Virus record (IMG/VR): IMGVR_UViG_3300044878_000156
Location: 1-25,018 of that record
Strand: one strand, 5' to 3'
Length of the DNA stretch: 25,018 nt
From: a virus
Lineage: Duplodnaviria > Caudoviricetes
Of this stretch, positions 7,990 to 16,309 are shown in pieces. The notes beneath the pieces were generated by a model, which worked only from the letters and a program-made list of their open reading frames with translations, did not search any database and had not been told where the DNA came from. Within the stretch, counting starts at the first letter, position 1; each line of letters starts with the position of its first letter. The position numbers were made by a program, and so were the translations under genes.

Positions 7990-8360
7990 ACGGGTTCAGC
8001 AAGGCCCAGAAGATCGCCATCTCCGCCCGCGACCTCGGCTGCGTCGTCCACGGCGCGGGCGGGGACTGTGTCGGGGATCTGATCCACCATCACCGGAAGG
8101 GCCGCGGCGCCGGCGGGGTGAAGTCCCGCAACCGTGTCGCGAACGGGCTGCTGGTCTGTGCCCGGTGGAACACTCTCGTTGAGGCCATGCCGGACCTCGC
8201 CGCCCAGGCGCGCAAGAACGGCTGGAAGCTCCGCACCGACTTTGAGATCGACACCCTCCCCGTGTGGATCCCCAAACTCGGCCGGTTCGTCTATTTGAAC
8301 GACGACGGCCACTACCTAGACATGTCCCACACCATCATCGAGAAAGAAGAAGCAGCATGA
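7986..8360 (+). CDS. HNH-like nuclease-fold protein
   Basis: RDLGCVVH...C...HHRKGRGAGG...NGLLVCARWN. Confidence 0.65.
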   Translation: MNGFSKAQKIAISARDLGCVVHGAGGDCVGDLIHHHRKGRGAGGVKSRNRVANGLLVCARWNTLVEAMPDLAAQARKNGWKLRTDFEIDTLPVWIPKLGRFVYLNDDGHYLDMSHTIIEKEEAA

Positions 8361-8788
8361 GCGATTGCACCGTAGTCGGAAACATCGGAGAGCCCCAGCT
8401 GAAATTCACGCCCAATGGAAAGGCTGTCCTCGAGTTCTCCCTCGCCGAGAACCACTCCAAGAAGAACCAGCAGGGCGGCTGGGACGACGACGGCACGACC
8501 TGGCGGCGTGTGTCCATCTGGGAGAAGAAGGCCGAAGCCCTCGCTGAGGTCCTGAAGAAGGGCGACCGGGTCATTGTGACCGGCGCCGAGCGGATGCGCG
8601 AGTACGAAGCAAAGGACGGCACTCAGGGCAAGTCCTTGGAGATCACAGCCCGCGACGTCGGCATCATCCCCCGCGCCCAGCAGAACGGCCAGCAGTCCCA
8701 GCAGCAGGGCAACTGGAACACTCAGCCGGCCAACGGCGGCGGCGACCCGTGGGGCAACGGCGGCGCTGACGCCTCCCCGCCCTTCTGA
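8357..8788 (+). CDS. ssb: Single-stranded DNA-binding protein
   Basis: VVGNIGEPQLKFTPNGKAV, LKKGDRVIVTG, Gln/Gly-rich tail ending PPF. Confidence 0.92.
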   Translation: MSDCTVVGNIGEPQLKFTPNGKAVLEFSLAENHSKKNQQGGWDDDGTTWRRVSIWEKKAEALAEVLKKGDRVIVTGAERMREYEAKDGTQGKSLEITARDVGIIPRAQQNGQQSQQQGNWNTQPANGGGDPWGNGGADASPPF

Positions 8789-8808
8789 CCACTCCCTGCA
8801 TTTCCTTT

Positions 8809-8842
8809 GGACCCGTTCGGCTTCGGCCGGGCGGGTCCTTTC
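8809..8842 (+). terminator. Intrinsic terminator after ssb
   Basis: GGACCCGTTCGGC-TTCG-GCCGGGCGGGTCC followed by TTT. Confidence 0.8.
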
Positions 8843-8916
8843 GTGTGTTCGGGATGACTAAGTAACTTGGAGCAAAAAATAAGTACCGACACGCCGAAAA
8901 AGCGGGTAGTCAGTGC

Positions 8917-8944
8917 GTAACTCTACGGAACACTCGGGTACACT
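8917..8944 (+). promoter_or_regulatory. Tandem operator-like sites plus -10 element
   Basis: GTAACTCTACGGAACACTCGGGTAC; TACACT at 8939-44. Confidence 0.6.
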
Positions 8945-8957
8945 GTACTTATCCGTG

Positions 8958-8998
8958 AACAACAAAAGACCCGCCGGTGTCCTACCACCTGACGGGTC
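8958..8998 (-). terminator. Minus-strand intrinsic terminator in the leader
   Basis: GACCCGTCAGGTG-gtagga-CACCGGCGGGTC followed by TTTTGTTGTT. Confidence 0.65.
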
Positions 8999-9025
8999 CA
9001 ACCATTGAGTAAGGAATGGTTCTAC

Positions 9026-9247
9026 GTGAACACTAAACCAGTCTCCGGCGTGCCCGCAATAGCTGCCCCGGAAGATTCCCTCACCATCCTCCGTGACGTC
9101 TCTCACGTTTACGAGACGATCGCCGACATCCGCAAGCGGGCCGCCCAGGTCGCCCACGACGGCGGCGCCACGTACCAGCAGCTCGGCGACGCTCTCGGCA
9201 TCACCCGTTCCGGCGCTTTCAACTTCCTGAACCGTGATGCCGCATGA
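9026..9247 (+). CDS. Small HTH DNA-binding protein
   Basis: GATYQQLGDALGITRSGAFNFL; TAAGGA RBS before GTG 9026. Confidence 0.75.
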   Translation: MNTKPVSGVPAIAAPEDSLTILRDVSHVYETIADIRKRAAQVAHDGGATYQQLGDALGITRSGAFNFLNRDAA

Positions 9248-9669
9248 GCGCGTTCGTGAAGAAGTACCCGCGGGCCAAGGTCAGCCGCCACGCGAGGATC
9301 AACGGCTGGGTCATTGACCTGATTCAGCGCGACGGGGCACGCCCCAGGCGAGTTGCGGCCACCTACGTGTCGGCAGCGTTCGCGGGCCGCGCCGCGAGGG
9401 TCAAGCTCGGCATCAAGGACCTGCCCGCCCAGACGCCTCCCACGCTGACCGGACGGCCGGCACCCCTCCCCGCCCCCGCCGCCGTAGAGGTTCCCCGCAC
9501 CCGCGCCCCGAAGGGAGAGCGCTCCACCGGCATCTGCACCCCCTGCGAACGGCCGATGCGCCCCGCAGGTACGAAAGCGGCCGACTACCCCGGGACGACC
9601 CTGCGCCAGCGCGAGGGCCTGTGCCAGACCTGCCACCAGAAGGCTGTCCGCCAGGGAGTTGCAGCATGA
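9244..9669 (+). CDS. Hypothetical protein with C-terminal zinc finger
   Basis: CTPCERPMRP...GLCQTCH. Confidence 0.7.
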   Translation: MSAFVKKYPRAKVSRHARINGWVIDLIQRDGARPRRVAATYVSAAFAGRAARVKLGIKDLPAQTPPTLTGRPAPLPAPAAVEVPRTRAPKGERSTGICTPCERPMRPAGTKAADYPGTTLRQREGLCQTCHQKAVRQGVAA

Positions 9670-10919
9670 GCGGCCTGACAGTTTCGGACTTCTTCTGTGG
9701 CGCCGGCGGATCCAGCAGCGGCATCATGCAGGTCCCCGGCCTGCATGTGAAGCTCGCTCTGAACCACTGGGAGCGCGCCATTGAAACGCACGGCTACAAC
9801 CACCCGGACACCGACCACGCGTGCGCCGACATCGCGCACATTCGTCCGGAGTACACTCCCCGGACGAACCTTCTGTGGGCGTCTCCTGAGTGCACGAACT
9901 TCACGGTGGCCAAGGGCGTGAAGCGTGAGCAGTGGGACGGGCAAGACTCCCTGTTCACCGACGGCCTGCCCGACGAAGCTGCACAGCGCTCCCGGGCCAC
10001 CATGTACGACGTGCCCCGCTTCGCCGAAGTCCACCAGTACGAAGCCATCATGACTGAGAACGTCGTCGAGGTCACGGCGTGGAAGCCGTTCCGCGGCTGG
10101 CTGCAGTCCATGGGCGACCTCGGGTACGAGCACAAGATCATCAGCCTCAATTCCATGCACGCCCAGGCGTTCGGACCGGGCGCGCCGCAGTCGAGGGACC
10201 GCGTCTACATCGTGTTCTGGCGCAAGGGCAACAAGGCCCCGGACTTCGAGCGGCTCCGCCCGATGGCCGAGTGCGAGAAGCACGGCATGGTCCGCTGCAT
10301 CCAAGCCTTCAAGGACCCTTCCAAGATCGTTGGGAAGTACCGCCAGCAGTACGTCTACCGCTGCCCGAACAGCAGCTGCCGGAACGCGGTCCTTGAGCCC
10401 GTGGTGAAGCCTGCCTCGGATGCGATCGACTGGAGCATCAAGGGCGCCCGCATCGGCGACCGTAAGAAGCCCCTGGCGGCGGCGACCATGCGGCAGATCG
10501 TGGAGGGCCTGAACCGTTACCCGAACGCGCAGAGCATCCTCACCCAGTTCTACGGCTCCCCGTCACCGAAGCCGACAACGGACCCGTACAGCACGTTCAC
10601 CACCCGGGACCGGCACGGCCTCGTCGTCACGCTCCGCTCGAACGCGGTGGCCACCCCGGCCAGCGAGAAGCCGTTCACCACCATCACCGCCGGCGGCAAC
10701 CACCACGGACTCATGACCTACACCGAGCAGGACGTCGCCGACGTCGCGTTCCGGATGATCCAGCCGCACGAGCAGATGTGGGGCATGGACTTCCCGAAGG
10801 ACTACACGATCCTGGGCACGATGAAGGAGCGCACGATGCAGGCCGGGAACGCTGTCACTCCCCCGGCAGCCCGTGACCTTGCGAGCATCGTTTCGGAGTC
10901 GCTGGAGGTGGCAGCGTAA
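9666..10919 (+). CDS. DNA (cytosine-5)-methyltransferase, orphan
   Basis: Motif I DFFCGAGG, motif IV variant ASPEC, motif VI ENV, motif VIII PQSRDR, motif X QAGNAV. Confidence 0.92.
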   Translation: MSGLTVSDFFCGAGGSSSGIMQVPGLHVKLALNHWERAIETHGYNHPDTDHACADIAHIRPEYTPRTNLLWASPECTNFTVAKGVKREQWDGQDSLFTDGLPDEAAQRSRATMYDVPRFAEVHQYEAIMTENVVEVTAWKPFRGWLQSMGDLGYEHKIISLNSMHAQAFGPGAPQSRDRVYIVFWRKGNKAPDFERLRPMAECEKHGMVRCIQAFKDPSKIVGKYRQQYVYRCPNSSCRNAVLEPVVKPASDAIDWSIKGARIGDRKKPLAAATMRQIVEGLNRYPNAQSILTQFYGSPSPKPTTDPYSTFTTRDRHGLVVTLRSNAVATPASEKPFTTITAGGNHHGLMTYTEQDVADVAFRMIQPHEQMWGMDFPKDYTILGTMKERTMQAGNAVTPPAARDLASIVSESLEVAA

Positions 10920-11311
10920 TGGCCTACGTCTACAAGGGCACCCAACGGGACCTCGAACCGGTCGAGCCGTACATCCCGCGGAAGGGCAAGCCGGGCCCGA
11001 AGCCGAAGCCACTCGTGTTCGACCCGTCCAAGTGCGGGACCCAGAAGGGCTACAAGCAGCACCGCCGCCACGGACAGGAGGCGTGCGTCGCGTGCAAGGC
11101 AGGAAACGCCGCCTACCACCGCGCCTGGACCAAGGCCCGCCAGGTGCCCAAGGCTGAGCGCGCCGTCGGTGTCTATGACCCGGAGTTCTGCGGCTCGCAC
11201 AAGGGCTACAACCGGCACCAGCGCCGCAACACCACGCCCTGCACCCCGTGCCGGGCCGGCCACAACGAACACATGCGCGAGTACAAGGCTTCACGAAAGG
11301 CGGCCGCCTGA
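10919..11311 (+). CDS. Protein with two CG(T/S)xxGYxxH...CxxC zinc-binding repeats
   Basis: CGTQKGYKQHRRHGQEACVAC and CGSHKGYNRHQRRNTTPCTPC. Confidence 0.75.
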   Translation: MAYVYKGTQRDLEPVEPYIPRKGKPGPKPKPLVFDPSKCGTQKGYKQHRRHGQEACVACKAGNAAYHRAWTKARQVPKAERAVGVYDPEFCGSHKGYNRHQRRNTTPCTPCRAGHNEHMREYKASRKAAA

Positions 11312-12090
11312 TGGCTGACAAGAGGGCTTTTGCCCAGTTCGATGTCGGGTACCTGGACAACCCGAAGATCATGGATCTCCTCGATGCGAGTGCCATTGCG
11401 GTTCTTATGCACGCCGCATCCGTTTTGTATTGCGCCCAGCATCTGACGGACGGCGAAGTGACGGCTGGGGCGATGAGTCGAAAAGTTGGAGGTTCAACTT
11501 CTGATGTAAGCCTGCTTACTGACGCCGGGCTCTGGCATTTGCCAGGGCATGAGTGCGAGTTCTGCCCACAGCCGGCCGCCGGAAAGGTCTACGTCCACGA
11601 CTACACGGAGCATAACCGCACGTCAGACGGGGTAAAGCGATCCTCGGAAGCTGGCAGGAAGGGCGCCGCTGCCCGCTGGAAAAAGGAAAATGACACGGTT
11701 GTAAGTCGTGCGGATCGCATGCGACTCGTATCCGATTCGCAAAGCGATTCTTCCGAAATCGCAATGGCTAGAGAGAAAGAAAGAGAGAAAGAGAGAAAGA
11801 ACTTAAAGACCCCGGCAAAGCCGTCGCTTGAGTTCGATCAGTTCTGGATCCAGTACCCACGCAAAGTCGGCAAGGAAGCAGCCCGGAAGGCGTTCATCAA
11901 GGCCATGACCAAAACCACCACCGCCAAGATCATGTCCGGGGTCGAAGTCCTCCGCATCCAGGTCGCCGGCAAGGACCAGCAGTTCACCCCGCACCCGGCC
12001 ACCTGGCTCAACGAGGGCAGGTGGGATGACGAAGTCACAACCACTGGCGCGGCCATCATCCCGGCACAGTATGGGTGGGCGAACCGATGA
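11311..12090 (+). CDS. Phage replication initiator (lambda O-like position)
   Basis: C-terminal FDQFWIQYPRKVGKEAARKAF...PHPATWLNEGRWDDE; internal repeats; precedes the helicase. Confidence 0.8.
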   Translation: MADKRAFAQFDVGYLDNPKIMDLLDASAIAVLMHAASVLYCAQHLTDGEVTAGAMSRKVGGSTSDVSLLTDAGLWHLPGHECEFCPQPAAGKVYVHDYTEHNRTSDGVKRSSEAGRKGAAARWKKENDTVVSRADRMRLVSDSQSDSSEIAMAREKEREKERKNLKTPAKPSLEFDQFWIQYPRKVGKEAARKAFIKAMTKTTTAKIMSGVEVLRIQVAGKDQQFTPHPATWLNEGRWDDEVTTTGAAIIPAQYGWANR

Positions 12091-13322
12091 ACCCGGACTA
12101 CAGCGCAGAGCACTACGTGATCGGGGCCTGCCTCCTGGCCGCGGACACCGTCAGGTTCGCTGAGGCCATCGTTTCCCCCGCCGACTTCTACCGGCCCCAG
12201 CTCGGGGACGCCTTCGCCATCATCGCGGAGATGCGGAACGCCGGGGATCCGATCGAGCCCTACACCGTCGCGGTCAGGATGAAGCAGCGCGGGACACTGG
12301 GCATGGATGCCATGGACCTGTTCCGGTTCATGGAAGCTACCCGGTCGGCGCACACGGTGGAGTTCTACGCCAAGCAGGTCCGCGAAGAGTCCGTCAAGCG
12401 GGCATTGTGGGCCGCGGCGCAGAAGCTCATGCAGCAGGCGGGCGCGGAGGGCCTGCCGCCGGCGAAGGCTCTCAGTGATGCCATGGAGGATCTGCGCGCC
12501 ATCCGGGACAACACCCCCGGCCAGGGCATCACGTCCAAGAAACTCTCCGAGGTCCTGGCCGTGGCCGAGGATCACGACTGGGTCGTCCCCGGGCTGCTCG
12601 AGCGCGGGGACCGGATGATCATCACCGGCTTCGAGGGGTTCGGCAAGTCCACCTGGATCCGGCAGATGGCCATCCAGTTCGCCGCCGGCATCAACCCGAT
12701 CACCATGGACCACATCGAGCCGCTGCGGGTTCAGGTGGTGGACGTGGAGAACACCGAGGGGCAGTGGCGCAAGGAAGTCCGCGGCATGACCCGTGTGGCG
12801 AAGCAGTACGGGGTGGCCGACCCGGAGAACCTTGACCTTGCCTGCCATGGCCGGATTGACCTCACGAAGGACGCCGCCCTCGGCGCCGTGCACCGTCTGA
12901 TCGACAAGAACCGCCCGGACATCCTGTTCATCGGCCCGATCTACAAGATGGTCCCGAACGGCATCAACAACGACGACGACGCGGCACCGCTCATCACGGC
13001 ACTGGACTCGCTGCGGGACCGGGGCGTGGTCCTGATCATGGAGGGCCACTCCCCCAAGGGAAGCGGGCAGCAGGCCCGGGACCTGTCCCCGCGTGGGTCT
13101 GCCGCTCTCATGGGCTGGCCTGAGTTCGGGTTTGGTCTGGGCCCGGAGTCGGAGGGCAGTGATGCTGCCTCGATCCAGCGGTGGCGTGGGGACCGTACCC
13201 GAGGGACCGACTGGCCGAAGCGTCTGGAGCGTGGCGGCCCGTTCCCCTGGACGGCTGACAACGTCCACCCGGCGACCCGGCAGAAGTATTACGGCTGGGA
13301 TAAGCAGAAGGTGAGCTTCTGA
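12087..13322 (+). CDS. Replicative helicase (DnaB-like N-terminus, RecA/RepA-type ATPase)
   Basis: AEHYVIGACLL...DFY N-terminus; Walker A GFEGFGKS; PRGSAAL. Confidence 0.85.
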   Translation: MNPDYSAEHYVIGACLLAADTVRFAEAIVSPADFYRPQLGDAFAIIAEMRNAGDPIEPYTVAVRMKQRGTLGMDAMDLFRFMEATRSAHTVEFYAKQVREESVKRALWAAAQKLMQQAGAEGLPPAKALSDAMEDLRAIRDNTPGQGITSKKLSEVLAVAEDHDWVVPGLLERGDRMIITGFEGFGKSTWIRQMAIQFAAGINPITMDHIEPLRVQVVDVENTEGQWRKEVRGMTRVAKQYGVADPENLDLACHGRIDLTKDAALGAVHRLIDKNRPDILFIGPIYKMVPNGINNDDDAAPLITALDSLRDRGVVLIMEGHSPKGSGQQARDLSPRGSAALMGWPEFGFGLGPESEGSDAASIQRWRGDRTRGTDWPKRLERGGPFPWTADNVHPATRQKYYGWDKQKVSF

Positions 13323-13741
13323 TGCGCGAGTGGGTGATTGATCTGCCGTGGGCGACTCCCCCGGTGAAGCCGAACGGCGGGTATTCGAACCGGTACGCGC
13401 ATTCGGCGAAGGTCGCGCAGGCCCGGCAGGTCATGGGCCTGCTGGGCCGGGCCGCCGGCATCCCACCCCTGGCGCGGTGTGAGGTGTTGCTGACCTGGCA
13501 TGTCGGGGACCGGATCGCCCGGGACGCCGACAACCTCGTGTGGACGCTGAAGCCGCTGTGTGACGCTCTCTCGTCCGGGAAGAAGCACACGGACCACCCG
13601 ATTGTCCGGGACGATACGCCGGAGTTCATGGTGAAGCCGATGCCCGTCGTGGAGTTCGTGAAGGGCCAGCGGAAACGCCTGAGTGTCCGGGTACGTGAGC
13701 TGGACACGCCGAAGATAGTGCCCGACTTTATGGAACACTAG
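13322..13741 (+). CDS. RusA-like Holliday junction resolvase
   Basis: RDADNL...KPLCDAL...VRDD acidic motif. Confidence 0.75.
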   Translation: MREWVIDLPWATPPVKPNGGYSNRYAHSAKVAQARQVMGLLGRAAGIPPLARCEVLLTWHVGDRIARDADNLVWTLKPLCDALSSGKKHTDHPIVRDDTPEFMVKPMPVVEFVKGQRKRLSVRVRELDTPKIVPDFMEH

Positions 13742-13760
13742 GGAACTTTTCTGCTAAGAT
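13732..13760 (+). promoter_or_regulatory. Operator-like site plus extended -10
   Basis: GGAACACTAGGGAAC (13732-46); TGcTAAGAT (13752-60). Confidence 0.65.
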
Positions 13761-13764
13761 CGAG

Positions 13765-13809
13765 GAACAAAGAGGAAGCCCCGGCGATGCGATCAACATC
13801 CCGGGGCCT
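13765..13809 (-). terminator. Minus-strand hairpin/terminator in the leader
   Basis: AGGCCCCGGGGATG-loop-CATCGCCGGGGCTT followed by CCTCTTTGTT. Confidence 0.55.
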
Positions 13810-13829
13810 GACGGAAGGTAAGTTCCGCA

Positions 13830-14015
13830 ATGCCAAGTGTAGCAATCCCCGAGCTGGAAGCGCCGAAGCTGTACCGCTCTCTCATCAAGGCCCGCCGTGA
13901 CGCGGAGTCCGCCGACGCCACGTTGGCCCAGTCTGCGTCAGAAGCGGCCGAAGCCCGCGCCCACGTTGTGGCCCTCGAAGCCGAGTACCGCGCCGTGAAG
14001 CGGGAGTGCATCTGA
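13830..14015 (+). CDS. Small coiled-coil hypothetical protein
   Basis: GGAAGG RBS; helical. Confidence 0.65.
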   Translation: MPSVAIPELEAPKLYRSLIKARRDAESADATLAQSASEAAEARAHVVALEAEYRAVKRECI

Positions 14016-14233
14016 TGGGCCGCCCGGAGCAATCCACCACCGGCTGGCCGGCGTCCTGCCTGACGCTCGGCATCGGCACGTACGTGGACATGGCTGAGCG
14101 GAACGAAACCGCGTGCGTCCCAGTCTCCGGTGACGCGCAGGCCCGGATGGACGCGGACCGGCACGTGAATTACATCCAGGGCCGGATGCTGAAGATCCAG
14201 TGGGCCGCGGATGACCACAAGGCCACGGCGTGA
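14015..14233 (+). CDS. Phage hypothetical protein
   Basis: GGGAG RBS, TGATG coupling. Confidence 0.55.
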   Translation: MGRPEQSTTGWPASCLTLGIGTYVDMAERNETACVPVSGDAQARMDADRHVNYIQGRMLKIQWAADDHKATA

Positions 14234-14619
14234 GCGGCGTGACGCGGGTGCACCGCATCGTGATCGAGTCCTACCCGACACCCGACGGCAAGCCCTTCGA
14301 CCTTCAGCACCCGAACGACTACGAGACCGCCGTCGAGCTGTTCAGCAATCCGGGGGCGCCGCTCGACTGCCCCGCCTGGCTGAAAGACATCGACCTATCC
14401 GAACGGGTCTACGACGGCTCGGCCGAGTGGGAAAATCGGCCTCTGCCCGGTGCGACGATCATGGGCAGCGCGTACGACCCGATCCTGACCGTTCCCGTCC
14501 TGCGCCGAATGAACTTCTTCAGCAAGCAAGCCGCCGAGCGTCGCCTGTCCTACCTGACAGCGTGGGGCGCCATCGGCCGCGTCGTGTCTTCGGCACCGAT
14601 CGAATGGCCAGCGGTATGA
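14230..14619 (+). CDS. Phage hypothetical protein
   Basis: GTGA coupling, codon bias. Confidence 0.7.
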   Translation: MSGVTRVHRIVIESYPTPDGKPFDLQHPNDYETAVELFSNPGAPLDCPAWLKDIDLSERVYDGSAEWENRPLPGATIMGSAYDPILTVPVLRRMNFFSKQAAERRLSYLTAWGAIGRVVSSAPIEWPAV

Positions 14620-14738
14620 GCCAGCGCCTGCCGGACTGCGAAGCCCTTCGCGAGGCTCAGGCCCGGGCGCAGGAAGCCGACCGGATCGGCCCCGACCAGG
14701 AACGCGCCGACACCTACGAGAGGAAAGACCACGGATGA
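14616..14738 (+). CDS. Small hypothetical protein (40 aa)
   Basis: ATGA overlaps at both ends. Confidence 0.5.
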   Translation: MSQRLPDCEALREAQARAQEADRIGPDQERADTYERKDHG

Positions 14739-14863
14739 CGTGGCACTGCCCCCACTGCGGGCACTGGCACGGCGGCCAGAAGTGCCAGGCCATCACGCAC
14801 ACCGACACCGGCGGCGCCCGCCGCTGCTGCTGCACCGGAGGCCCCCAGACCGACAAGGGGTGA
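14735..14863 (+). CDS. Small Cys/His-rich protein (42 aa, MTWHCPHCGHWH...CCC)
   Basis: GAGGA RBS, ATGA coupling. Confidence 0.55.
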   Translation: MTWHCPHCGHWHGGQKCQAITHTDTGGARRCCCTGGPQTDKG

Positions 14864-15462
14864 AAGCCGGTGAAAGTGGTGAAACCGGTGAATCCCTATT
14901 CAGGGTTCCAGCCCCACCCCTAAACCAACATCCCGCTATTCAGGGTTACGGCCACAAAAGCTGGAAACGACTGATTACTGACAATCAACCCGGCCGGGTG
15001 CGGGCAGTCGAAGCGACTACCCGCACCATTCCGACTACTTAAACCAGTCCCAGTCACGAATAATGGCGGCCGTGAGGCAGGCCAACGGGCGGGACCAATC
15101 CTGCAGGATGGCCGGCCCGGGCAGCCGGCAACGATCGCACTTGCAGGGACGGTGCTTTGTACTCTTTGGCACTGGCGACACTCAATTCTGCGCAGCGCAC
15201 ATTACCGGCACCCATCGTCAGGCTTGCTCGCGAGCACAGCGCACCCATACGATGGGACCAGAAACATGAACGCATCACGCGCATTGTTTCGATGAGCAGG
15301 CGCCTCCCGTGACCAAACATTGGGCGCCTGCTCCTTACGTTTCCAGTCTACTGAGAACTCGCCGGCTCTCCTTATTCGTGTGACCGCCCCCCTGTGGATA
15401 GCCAGTGGAAAACGGTCCCTTGGTTGTGCATAGACCCGCTGACGCCACGCCCTCCAATTAAG

Positions 15463-15490
15463 GGAACACTCCGGAACTTCCTGTTAAACT
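15463..15490 (+). promoter_or_regulatory. Operator-like site plus extended -10, leaderless start
   Basis: GGAACACTCCGGAAC (15463-77); TGtTAAACT (15482-90); ATG 6 nt later. Confidence 0.7.
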
Positions 15491-15496
15491 AGGACC

Positions 15497-16309
15497 ATGG
15501 ACGAATGCGGCGCGTGCACTGGGGAAACGAACGTCAAGCTCTGCCACGACCACACCACCAGGATCGAGCAGGACCTCGCCGAAACGGACAACGTCATCGG
15601 CGAACTGCGGATCACGATGGCGAGGATGGACAAAGGGGCCGACAGTATCGGGGGCGGGGGCCCGGCCGGCTCCCGCCCGCCGATCAACCTGGACGCCCTC
15701 GACCGGTACGAGCAGCTCCGCGAAGTCCTCACCGGATGGGCCTCCCAGCTGGAGGGCCGGGCGTACCTGGTCCTCGTCAGAACCGAGGACGTCGCCTCGT
15801 ACCTGCTGGCCAACATCGAGAAGGTACGCCTTGCCGAATGGGCGTACGAGCTCCTCGACGAACTCTCCGAGGCGATGACCGCGGCGCGCCGGGCAACGGA
15901 CCGGGCGGCCGACAAGATCAGCCTCGGCATCTGCGGCGCCGTGTTCGAAGAGATCCGCTGCACCGACACCATCACGGCGATCACCGGCGCCGCGCTCGGC
16001 CGCTGCCGGACCTGCGGGACCACCCGCAACGTCAAAGACCACCAGGACGATCTGCTGGGTAAGGCCTGGCATGTCCGCGCATCGCTGCCCCGTCTGTACC
16101 GGGCCCTCCGAGAAGGCGGCCACCTCCCCGGAGTCTCCCAGAAGCGGGTAGAGAAATGGGTGGAGCGCCGCAAGCTCTCCCCCGTCACACCCTTCAAGGC
16201 GCAGTACACTGCTGCGGCGATCATGGAAGCGTACTGGGCGGCGGAGAAGTACAACGCCGAGATGGCCGCCTACGTGGAGCAGAAGGCGCTACTCGCAGAA
16301 GTTGCGTAG
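15497..16309 (+). CDS. Putative late-transcription regulator (zinc ribbons plus C-terminal HTH-like region)
   Basis: CGAC/CHDH, C...C...CRTCG, VSQKRVEKWVERRKL; last gene before the late promoter (Q-like position). Confidence 0.6.
   Translation: MDECGACTGETNVKLCHDHTTRIEQDLAETDNVIGELRITMARMDKGADSIGGGGPAGSRPPINLDALDRYEQLREVLTGWASQLEGRAYLVLVRTEDVASYLLANIEKVRLAEWAYELLDELSEAMTAARRATDRAADKISLGICGAVFEEIRCTDTITAITGAALGRCRTCGTTRNVKDHQDDLLGKAWHVRASLPRLYRALREGGHLPGVSQKRVEKWVERRKLSPVTPFKAQYTAAAIMEAYWAAEKYNAEMAAYVEQKALLAEVA

Noticed and set aside
14896-14947. Mini-CRISPR array
   Set aside because: Only two 12-bp repeats; too short, non-palindromic, and no cas genes in the window.
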